Shown here one piece after another: positions 28,561 through 39,175 of a stretch of 57,615 nucleotides of DNA. The stretch's first letter is position 1; every line of letters starts with the position of its first letter. This stretch comes from Malacoraja senta (lineage: Eukaryota). The DNA is taken from assembly GCA_038087875.1 (NCBI GenBank), contig JAXLNO010000432.1, forward strand, positions 1-57,615, given 5' to 3'. The notes below the pieces were generated by a model. It worked only from the letters and a program-made list of their open reading frames with translations. It was not told where the DNA came from and did no database searches. The position numbers and the translations under genes were made by a program.

Positions 28561-28860
28561 TAGCGACCTTGCCGGATTTGTGCCGACGTTGCTGATTTAA
28601 GGCGACCTTGCCGGAAATGTGGCGACCTTGCCGGATTTGTGGCGACCTTGCCGGATTTATTGCGGCTTTGCCGGGAATGTGGCGACCTTGCCGGATCTAT
28701 GGAGACCTTCCCGGAATAATGGCGACCTTCCCGGAATAATGGCGACCTTGCCGGAAATGTGGCGACCTTGCCGGGTTTGTGGCGACCTTGCCGGATTAAT
28801 GGCGACCTTGCCGGAAATGTGGCGACCATGCCGGATTTGTGGCGACGATGCCGGGTGTAT

Positions 28861-28876
28861 GTGCGTCAGTGCGTCA
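28861..28876. other. Satellite polarity-switch junction with 8-bp tandem filler (GTGCGTCA)x2
   Basis: The sequence reads ...gacgatgccgggtgtat GTGCGTCA GTGCGTCA tttatggcaaggtcgcc..., with + monomers to the left and - monomers to the right. Confidence 0.93.
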
Positions 28877-31800
28877 TTTATGGCAAGGTCGCCATAAATC
28901 TGGCAAGGTAGCCACAAATGCGGCAAGGTCGACATATTTCCGGCAAGGTCGCCATAAATCCGGCAAGGTCTCCATAACTCCGGCAAGGTCGCTACAAATC
29001 CGGCAAGGTCGCCATAAATCCGGCAAGGTCGCCATAATACCGGCAAGGTCGCCATAAATCCGGCAAGGTCGCCACAAATGCGGCAAGGTCGCCATATTCC
29101 CGGCAAGGTCGCCATAAATCCGGCAAGGTCTCCATAACTCCGGCAAGGTCGCCACAAATCCGGCAAGGTCGCCATAAATCCGGCAAGGTCGCCACAAATC
29201 CGGCAGTCGCCTATTTCCGGCAAGTTCGCCATGAATCAGGCAAGGCCGCCACAAATCCGGCAAGGTCGCTGTAAATCCCGCAAGGTCACCACAAATCCAG
29301 CAAGGTCGCCATATTTCCGGCAAGGTCGCCATAAATCCGGCAAGGTAGCCACAAATCCTGCAAGGTCGCCATAAATCAGGCAAGGTCGCCACAAATCCGG
29401 CAAGGTCGCCACATTTGCGTCAAGACGCCTTAATCCGGTAAGGTCGCCACAAATACGGAAAGGTCGGCACAATTCCGGCAAGGTCGCCAGAAATCTGACA
29501 AGGTCGCCACAAATCCGGGATGGTCGCCACATCCCCGGCAAGGTCGCCATAAATCCGACAAGGTCACCACAAATGCGTCAAGGTCGCCACATTTCAGGCA
29601 AGGTCGCCAAATTTCGGGCAAGATCGCCATAAATCCGGCAAGGTCGCCACAAATCCGACAAGGTCGCCATAAATCCGGCAAGGTCACCACATTTTCGGCA
29701 AGGTCGCCATAAATCCGGCAAGGTCGCCACAAATCCGGCAAGGTCGCCACATTCCCGGCAAGGTCGCCATAACTCCAGCAAGGTCGCCACAAATCCGGCA
29801 AGGTCGCCCCATTTACGGCAAGGTCGCCATATTTCTGGCAAGGTCGCCATAAATCTGGCAAGGTAGCCACAAGTGCGGCAAGGTCGACATATTTCCAGCA
29901 AGGTCGCTATAAATCAGGCAAAGTCGGCACAAATGCGGCAAGCTCGTCATATTTCCGGAAAGGTCGCCATAAATCCGGCAAGGTCGCCACAAATGCGGCA
30001 AGGTCGCCATATTCCCGGCAAGGTCGCCATAAATATGGCAAGGTCGCCATATATCCGGCAATGTCGCCACAAATCCGGCAAGGTCGCCATAAATCCGGCA
30101 AGGTCGCCACAAATCCGGCAGAGTCGCCAATTTCCGGCAAGGTCGCCATAAATCCGGCACGGCCGCCACAAATCCGGCAAGGTCGCCACATTTCCTGCAC
30201 GGTCGCAACAAATCTGCCAAAGTCGCCACAAATCCGACAAGGTCGACATATTTCCGGCAAGGTCCCCATAAATCTGGCAAGGTAGCCACAAATGCGGCAA
30301 GGTCGACATATTTCCGGCAAGGTCGCCATAAATCCGGCAAAGTCTCCATAACTCCGGCAAGGTCGCCATAAATCAGGCAAGGTCGCCACAAATCCGGCAA
30401 GTTCGCCACATTTGCGTCAAGGACCACTTAATCCGGTAAAGTCGCCACAAATACGGAAAGGTCGGCACAATTCCGGCAAGGTCGCCAGAAATCTGACAAG
30501 GTCGCCACAAATCCGGGATGGTCGCCAGATCCCCGGCAAGGTCGCCATAAATCCGGCAATGTCGCCACAAATCCTGCAAGGTCGCCAGAAATCAGGCAAG
30601 GTCGCCACAAATCTGGCAAGGTCGCCACATTTGCGTCAAGGACGCCTTAATCCGGTAAAGTCGCCACAAATACGGAAAGGTCGGCACAATTCCGGCAAGG
30701 TCGCCATAAATCCGACAAGGTCGCCACAAATGCGTCAAGGTCTCCACATTTCAGGCAAGGTCGCCAGATTTCCGGCAAGATCGCCATAAATCCGGCAAGG
30801 TCGCCACAAATCCGACAAGGTCGCCATAAATCCGGCAAGGTCACCACATTTCCGGCAAAGTCGCCATAAATCCGGCAAGGTCGCCACAAATCCGGCAAGG
30901 TCGCCACACTCCCGGCAAGGTCGCCATAAATCCGGCAAGGTCGCCATAAATCCGGCAAGGTCGCCACATTTACGGCAAGGTCGCCATATTGCCGGCAAGG
31001 TCGCCATAAATCTGGCAAGGTAGCCACAAATGCGGCAAGGTCGACATATTTCCGGCAAGGTCGCCATAAATCAGGCAAAGTCGGCACAAATGCGGCAAGC
31101 TCGGCATATTTCCGGCAAGGTCGCCATTAATCCGGCAAAGTCGCCACAAATGCGGCAAGGTCGCCATATTCCCGGCAAGGTCGCCATAAATCTGGCAAGG
31201 TCGCCATATGTCCGGCAATGTCGCCACAAATCCGGCAAGGTCGCCATAAATCCGGCAAGGTCGCCACAAATCCGGCAGAGCCGCCTATTTCCGGCAAGGT
31301 CGCCATAAATCCGGCACGGCCGCCACAAATCCGGCAAGGTCGCCACATTTCCGGCACGGTCGCAACAAATCTGCCAAAGTCGCCACAAATCCGACAAGGT
31401 CGACATATTTCCGGCAAGGTCGCCATAAATCCGGCACGGCCGCCACAAATCCGGCAAGGTCGCCACATTTCCTGCACGGTCGCAACAAATCTGCCAGTCG
31501 CCACAATTCCGACAAGGTCGACATATTTCCGGCAAGGTCGCCATAAATCTCGCAAGGTAGCCACAAATGCGGCAAGGTCGACATATTTCCGGCAAGGTCG
31601 CCATAAATCCAGCAAGGTCTCCATAACTCCGGCAAGGTCGCCACAAATCCGGCAAGGTCGCCATAAATCCGGCAAGGTCGCCATAATACCGGCAAGGTCG
31701 CCATAATACCGGCAAGGTCGCCATAAATCCGGCAAGGTCGCCACAAATGCGGCAAGGTCGCCATATTCCCGGCAAGGTCGCCATAAATCCGGCAAGGTCT

Positions 31801-32304
31801 CCGTAACTCCGGCAAGGTCGCCACAAATCCGGCAAGGTCGCCATAAATCCGACAAGGTCGCCACAAATCCGGCAGTCGCCTATTTCCGGCAAGTTCGCCA
31901 TGAATCCGGCAAGGCCGCCACAAATCCGGCAATGTCGCTGTAAATCCCGCAAGGTCACCACAAATCCGGCAAGGTCGCCATATTTCCGGCAAGGTCGCCA
32001 TAAATCCGGCAAGGTAGCCACAAATCCTGCAAGGTCGCCAGAAATCAGGCAAGGTCGCCACAAATCTGGCAAGGTCGCCACATTTGCGTCAAGGACGCCT
32101 TAATCCGGTAAAGTCGCCACAAATACGGAAAGGTCGGCACAATTCCGGCAAGGTCGCCATAAAGCCGACAAGGTCGCCACAAATGCGTCAAGGTCTCCAC
32201 ATTTCAGGCAAAGTCGCCAGATTTCCGGCAAGATCGCCATAAATCCGGCAAGGTCGCCACAAATCCGACAAGGTCGCCATAAATCCGGCAAGGTCACCAC
32301 ATTT

Positions 32305-32792
32305 CCAGTTTCCATTCATAATCTATTTTCCCTTTCCTAATTAAGCCATTTGTCCTCCTCTGCTGGTCTCTGAATTTCTCCCAGTCCTCTGGTATGCTGC
32401 TTTTTCTGGCTAATTTGTACGCATCATCTTTTGCTTTGATACTATCCCTGATTTCCCTTGTTATCCACGGATGCACTACTTTCCCTGATTTATTCTTTTG
32501 CCAAACTGGGATGAACAATTTTTGTAGTTCATCCATGCAGTCTTTAAATGCCTTCCATTGCATATCCACCGTGAACCCTTTTAGAACTGATTGCCAGTCA
32601 ATCATGACCAATTCACGTCTCATACCCTCAAAGTTACCTTTCTTTAAGTTCAGAACCGTTGTTTCTGAATTAACAATGTCGCTCTCCATCCTAATGAAGA
32701 ACTCAACCATATTATGGTCACTCTTGCCCAAGGGGGCACGCACAACAAGTCTGCTAACTAACCCTTCCTCATTACTCAATACCCGGTCTAGA
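32305..32792 (-). mobile_element. 0.49-kb duplicate of the 5' end of the same CR1 insertion
   Basis: Matches 38688-39175 (offset 6,383), including the identical LINE/satellite junction ctagaaaatctgaagagg. It has no tail of its own. Confidence 0.95.
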
Positions 32793-35700
32793 AAATCTGA
32801 AGAGGTCGCATGTTTCCGGCGAGGTCGCCATAAATCCGGCAAGGTCGCCATAATTCCGGCGACGTCGCCATATTTCCGGCAACGTCGCCATAAATCCGGC
32901 ACGGTCGCCATAAATCCGGCAAGGTCGCCATATTTATGGCAAGGTAGCCATAAACCAAGCAAGATCGCCATATTTCCGTCTAGGTCGCCATATTTCCGGC
33001 GAGGTCGCCATAAATCCGGCAAGTTGGCCTCAAATTCGGCATGGTCGCCACATTTCCGACGAGGTCGCCATATATCCGGCAAGGTCGCCATAATTCCGGC
33101 AAGGTGGCCACAGTGGCCAGCAAGGTGGCCACGAATCAGGGAAGGTCGCCCCATTCCCGACGAGGTCGCCATAAAACCGGCAAGTTCGCCATAACTCCGG
33201 CAAGGCGGCCACAGTTCCGGCGAGTTCGCCATAAACCCGGGCGAGGTCGCCATATTTCCGGCAAGGTCGCCATAAATCCGGCAAGGTCGCCATAAATCCG
33301 GCGGCTCGCCATATTGCCGTCGAGGTCGCCAGAAAGACGGCAAGGTCGCCTTAAATCCGGCGAGGTCGCCATATTTCCGGCGAGGTCGCCATAAATCCGG
33401 CAAGGTCGCCATAAATCCGGCGAGGTCGCCATATTTCCGCCGAGGTCACCATAAATCCGGCAAGGTCTCCATAAACCGGCGTGGTCGCCATATTTCAGGC
33501 GAGGTCGCCCTAATTCCGGCAAGGTCGTTATAAATCTGAAGAGGTCGCCATGTTTCCGGCGAGGTCGCCATAAATCCGGCAAGGTCGCCATAAATCCGGC
33601 CACGTCGCCATATTTACGGCAAGGTCGCCATAAATCCGGCACGGTCGCCATAAATGGGGCAAGGTCGCCATATTTATGGCAAGTTAGCCATAAACCTGGC
33701 AAGATCCCCATATTTCCGTCTAGGTCGCCATATTTCGGGCGAGGTCGCCATAAATCCGGCAAGTTGGCCTCAAATTCGGCATGGTCGCCACATTTCCGAC
33801 GAGGTCGCCATATATCCGGCAAGTTCGCCATATCTCCGGCAAGGCGGCCACAGTTCCCGCGAGTTTGCCATAAACCCGGGCGAGGTCGCCATATTTGCGG
33901 CAACGTCGTCATAAATCCGGCATGGTCGCCATAAATCCGGCGATGTCGCCATATTTCCGGCAAGGTCGGGCAAGGACGACATACATCCGGCAAGGTCGCC
34001 ACATTTCCGGCAAGGTCGCCATTAATCCGGGAAGGTCGCCATATATCCGGCAAGGTCGCCACATTCCCGGCAAGGTCGCCATAAATCCGGCAAGGTCGCC
34101 ACAAATCCGGCAATGTCGCCACATTTCCGGCAAGGTCGCCATAAATCCGGCAAGGTCGCCACATTTCCGGCAAGGTCGCCTTAAATCCGGCAAGTTCGCC
34201 ACAAATCCGACAAAGTCGCCATAAATCCGGCAACGTCGCCACAAATCCGGCAAGGTCGCCATATTTCCGACAAGGTCGCCACTAATCCGGCAAGGTCGCC
34301 ATATTTCCGGCAAGATCGCCATAATTCCAGCAAGGTCGCCACAAACCTGGCAAGCCCGCCATATTTCCGGCATGGTCGCCATAATTCCGGCAAGGTGTCC
34401 ACAAATCAGGAAAGGTCGCCATATTTCCGGCAATGTCGCCATAAACCCGGCAAGGTGGCCACAAATGCGGCAAGGTCGCCATATTTCCGGCAAGGTCGCC
34501 ATAAATCCGGCAAGGTCGCCACAAATGCGGCAAGGTCCTCATATTTCCGGCAAGGTCGCAATAAATTCGGCAAGGTAGCCACAAATGCGGAAAGGTCGAC
34601 ATATTTCCGGCAAGGTCGCCATAAATCCGGCAAGGTCGGCACAAATGCGGCAAGGTCGGCACATTTGCGGCAAGGCCGCCTTAATCCGGTAAGGTCGCCA
34701 TAAATCCGGCAAGGTCACCACATTTCCGGCAAGGTCGCCATAAATCCGGCAAGGTCGCCACAAATCCGGCAAGGTCGCCACACTACCGGCAAGGTCGCCA
34801 TAAATCCGGCAAGGTCGCCACAAATCCGGCAAGGTCGCCACATTTACGGCAAGGTCGCCATATTGCCGGCAAGGTCGCCATAAATCTGGCAAGGTAGCCA
34901 CAAATGCGGCAAGCACGACATATTTCCGGCAAGGTCGCCATAAATCAGGCAAAGTCGGCACAAATGCGGCAAGCTCGGCATATTTCCGGCAAGGTCGCCA
35001 TTAATCCGGCAAAGTCGCCACAAATGCGGCAAGGTCGCCATATTCCCGGCAAGGTCGCCATAAATCTGGCAAGGTCGCCATATATCCGGCAATGTCGCCA
35101 CAAATCCGGCAAGGTCGCCATAAATCCGGCAAGGTCGCCACAAATCCGGCAGAGCCGCCTATTTCCGGCAAGGTCGCCATAAATCCGGCACGGACGCCAC
35201 AAATCCGGCAAGGTCGCCACATTTCCGGCACGGTCGCAACAAATCTGCCAAAGTCGCCACATATCCGGCAAGGTCGCCATATTTCCGGCAAGGACGCCAT
35301 GAATCCGGCAAAGTCGCCACAAATCCTGCAAGGGAGCCATATTACCGGCAAGGTCGCCATAAATCCGGCAAGGACGCCAAAAATCCGGCAAGGTCGCCAT
35401 ATTTCCGGCAAGGTCGCCACAAATCCGGCAAGGTAGCCACAAATACCGCAAGCTCGCCATAAATCAGGCAAGGTCGCCACAAATCCGGCAAGGTCGCCAC
35501 AATTGCGGCAAGGCCGCCTTAATCCGGTAAGGTCGCCACAAATACGGAAAGGTCGCCACAATTCCGGCAAGGTCGCCAGAAATCTGACAAGGTCGCCACA
35601 AATCCGGGATGGTCGCCACATCCCCGGCAAGGTCGCCATAAATCCGACAAGGTCGCCACAAATCCATCAAGGTCGAACGTTACAGGCAAGGTCGCCAGAT

Positions 35701-36806
35701 TTCCGGCAAGGTCGCCATAAATACGGCAAGGTCGCCACAAATCCGACAAGGTCGCCATAAATCCGGCAAGGTCACCACATTTCCGGCAAGGTCGCCATAA
35801 ATCCGGCAAGGTCGCCACAAATCCGGCAAGGTCGCCACATTCCCGGCAAGGTCGCCATATATCCGGCAAGTTCGCCATAAATCCGGCAAGGTCGCCACAA
35901 ATCCGACAAGGTCGCCATATTTCCGGCAAGGTCGCCATAAATCCCGCAAGGTCGCCACATATCCGGCAAGGTCGCCATATTTCCGGCAAGGACGCCATGA
36001 ATCCGGCAAAGTCGCCACAAATCCGGCAAGGGAGCCATATTACCGGCAAGGTCGCCATAAATCCGGCAAGGTCGCCAAAAATCCGGCAAGGTCGCCATAC
36101 TTCCGGCAAGGTCGCCACAAATCCGGCAAGGTCGCTATAAATCCCGCAAGGTCGCCACAAATCCGGCAAGGTCGCCATATTTCCGGCAAGGTCGCCATAA
36201 ATCCGGCAAGGTAGCCACAAGTCCCGCAAGGTCGCCATTAATCAGGCAAGGTCGCCACAAATCCGGCAAAGTCGCCACATTTGCGGCAAGGCCGCCTTAA
36301 TCCGGTAAGGTCGCCACAAATACGGAAAGGTCGCCACAATTCCGGCAACGTCGCCAGAAATCTGACAAGGTCGCCACAAATCCGGGATGGTCGCCACATC
36401 CCCGGCAAGGTCGCCATAAATCCGACAAGGTCGCCACAAATCCGTCAAGGTCGCCACATTTCAGGCAAGGTCGCCAGATTTCCGGCGAGGTCGCCATTTT
36501 CACGGCAAGGTCGCCATAAATCCAGCAATGTCGCCAGAAATCCGGCGGGTCGCCATATTGCCGGCGACGTCGCCAGAAAGACGGCAAGGTCGCCTTAAAT
36601 CCGGGGAGGTCGCCATATTTCCGGCGAGGTCGCCATAAATCCGGCAAGGTCGCCATAAATCCGGCGAGGTCGCCATATTTCCGCCGAGGTCACCATAAAT
36701 CCGGCAAGGTCTCCATAAACCGGAGTGGTCGCCATATTTCAGGCGAGGTCGCCCTAATTCCGGCAAGGTCGTTATAGATACATAGAACATAGATACATAG
36801 AAAATA

Positions 36807-36845
36807 GGTGCAGGAGTAGGCCATTATGCCCTTCGAGCCTGCACC
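36807..36845 (-). other. CR1 3' UTR stem-loop next to the tandem-repeat tail
   Basis: Perfect 8-bp inverted repeat GGTGCAGG (36807-36814) / CCTGCACC (36838-36845). The tail repeats lie at 36773-36801. Confidence 0.75.
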
Positions 36846-36869
36846 GCCATTCAATATAATCATGGCTGA

Positions 36870-38162
36870 TCATCCAACCCAGTATCCCGTACCTGCCTTC
36901 TCTCCATACCCCCTGATCCCTTTAACCACAAGGGCCACATCTAACTCCCTCTTAAATATAGCCAATGAACTGGCCTCAACTACCCTCTGTGGCGGAGAGT
37001 TCCAGAGATTCACCACTGTCTGTGTGAAAAAGTTTTTCCTCATCTCGGTCTTAAAGGATTTCCCCCTTATCCTTAATCTGTGACCCCTTGTCCTGGACTT
37101 CCCCAACATTAGGAACAATCTTCCTGCATCTAGCCTGTCCAACCCCATAAGAATTTTGTACGTTTCTATAAGATCCCCTCTCAATCTCCTAAATTCTAGC
37201 GAGTATAAGCCAAGTCTATCCAGTCTTTCTTCATATGAAAGTCCTGACATCCCAGGAATCAGTCTGGTGAACCTTCTCTGCAATCCCTCTATGGCTATAA
37301 TGTCCTTCCTCAGATTTGGAGACCAAAACTGTACGCAATACTCCAGGTGTGGTCTCACCAAGACCCTGTACAATTGCAGTAGAACGTCCCTGCTCCTATA
37401 CTCAAATCCTCTTGCTATGAAGGCCAACATACCATTCGCTTTCTTCACTCCCTGCTGCACCTGCATGCCTACTTTCAATGACTGGTGTACCATGACACCC
37501 AGGTCTCGCTGCATCTCCCCATTTCCTAATCGGCCCCCATTTAGATAATAGTCTGCCTTCCCGTTTTTGCCACCAAAGTGGATAACCTCACATTTATCCA
37601 CATTATACTGCATCTGCCAAACATTTACCCACTCACCCAGCCTATCCAAGTCACCTTGCAGTCTCCTAGCATCCTCTTCACAGCTAACACTGCCCCCCAG
37701 CTTAGTGTTATCCGCAAACTTGGAGATGTTGCTTTCAATTCCCTCGTCCAGATCATTAATATAAATTGTAAATAGCTGGGTTCCCAGCACTGAGCCTTGC
37801 GGTACCCCACTAGTCACTGCCTGCCATTGTGAAAAGGACCCGTTTACTCCTACTCTTTGATTCCTGTTTGCCAGCCAGTTCTCTATCCACATCAATACTG
37901 AACCCCCAATACCGTGTGATTTAAGTTTGTATCCTAATCTCTTATGTGGTACCTTGTCGAAAGCCTTCTGAAAGTCCAGATACAACACATCCACTGGTTC
38001 TCCCCTATCCACTCTACTAGTTACATCCTCGAAAAATTCTATAAGATTCGTCAGACACGATTTACCTTTCGTAAATCCATGCTGACTTTGTCCAATGATT
38101 TCACCACTTTCCAAATGTGCTGCTATCCCATCTTTAATAACTGACTCTAGCAGTTTCCCCAC
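36870..38162 (-). pseudogene. CR1 ORF2 reverse transcriptase domain, non-functional
   Basis: 430-aa ORF with non-LTR RT motifs. The catalytic FADD reads FADN. A frameshift at ~38213 separates it from upstream ORF2. Confidence 0.93.
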
Positions 38163-39175
38163 TACCGATGTTAGACTAACTGGTCTGTAATTCCCCGTTT
38201 TCTCTCTCCCTCCTTAAAAAGTGGGGTTACGTTTACTACCCTCCAATCCTCAGGAACTACCCCAGAATCTAAAGAGTTTTGAAAAATTATCACTAATGCA
38301 TCCACTATTTCTGGAGCTACTTCCTTAAGTACTCTAGGATGCAGCCTATCTGGCCCTGGTGATTTATCGGCCTTTAATCCATTCAATTTACCCAACACCA
38401 CTTCCCGACTAACCTGGATTTCACTCAGTTCCTCCATCTCCTTTGACCCGCGGCCCCCTGCTATTTCCGGCAGATTATTTATGTCTTCCATAGTGAAGAC
38501 GGAACCAAAGTAGTTATTCAATTGGTGAAGACGGAACCAAAGTAGTTATTCAATTGGTCCGCCATATCCTTGTTCCCCATGATCAATTCACCTGTTTCTG
38601 ACTGCAAGGGACCTACATTTGTTTTAACTAATCTCTTTCTCTTCACATATCTATAAAAACTTTTGAAGTTAGTTTTTATGTTCCCTGCCAGTTTCCATTC
38701 ATAATCTATTTTCCCTTTCCTAATTAAGCCATTTGTCCTCCTCTGCTGGTCTCTGAATTTCTCCCAGTCCTCTGGTATGCTGCTTTTTCTGGCTAATTTG
38801 TACGCATCATCTTTTGCTTTGATACTATCCCTGATTTCCCTTGTTATCCACGGATGCACTACTTTCCCTGATTTATTCTTTTGCCAAACTGGGATGAACA
38901 ATTTTTGTAGTTCATCCATGCAGTCTTTAAATGCCTTCCATTGCATATCCACCGTGAACCCTTTTAGAACTGATTGCCAGTCAATCATGACCAATTCACG
39001 TCTCATACCCTCAAAGTTACCTTTCTTTAAGTTCAGAACCGTTGTTTCTGAATTAACAATGTCGCTCTCCATCCTAATGAAGAACTCAACCATATTATGG
39101 TCACTCTTGCCCAAGGGGGCACGCACAACAAGTCTGCTAACTAACCCTTCCTCATTACTCAATACCCGGTCTAGA
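38163..39175 (-). pseudogene. CR1 ORF2 endonuclease C-terminus and linker, frameshifted
   Basis: Split between ORFs 38171..38521 and 38518..39795 by a 32-bp tandem duplication (38493-38524 / 38525-38556). It is truncated at 39175. Confidence 0.9.

Larger units (their letters stand above)
1..28860 (+). repeat. 20-bp tandem satellite array, left arm (consensus GGCGACCTTGCCGGAWWTRT)
   Basis: A 20-bp period is visible throughout (e.g. ggcgaccttg ccggatttgt at 61-80). The linker varies among ATTTAT/ATTTGT/AAATAT/AAATGT. Only the SINE copies and the 56-bp inserts interrupt it. Confidence 0.99.
36777..39175 (-). mobile_element. CR1-clade non-LTR retrotransposon (LINE), 5'-truncated within the ORF2 endonuclease C-terminus, ~2.4 kb
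   Basis: ORF2 pieces include LD..LSNE...LGKSDHNMVEF (APE endonuclease end), KSPGPDRLHPRVLKE, SQHGFTKGKSCLTNL, YLDFQKAFDKVPH, SGVPQGSVLG and LVRPHLEYCVQFWSP. A short 3' UTR carries an inverted repeat, and the tail is CTATGTAT/CTATGTT repeats. Confidence 0.97.

Noticed and set aside
28800..28950. Inversion as a fold-back sequencing artefact, given its position near the window centre
   Set aside because: The arms are not mirror copies and carry different insertions. A misjoin cannot be fully excluded without reads.
35665..35690. Odd monomer ggtcgaacgttacaggc containing AACGTT
   Set aside because: Too short to distinguish from clustered point mutations or a tiny repair scar.
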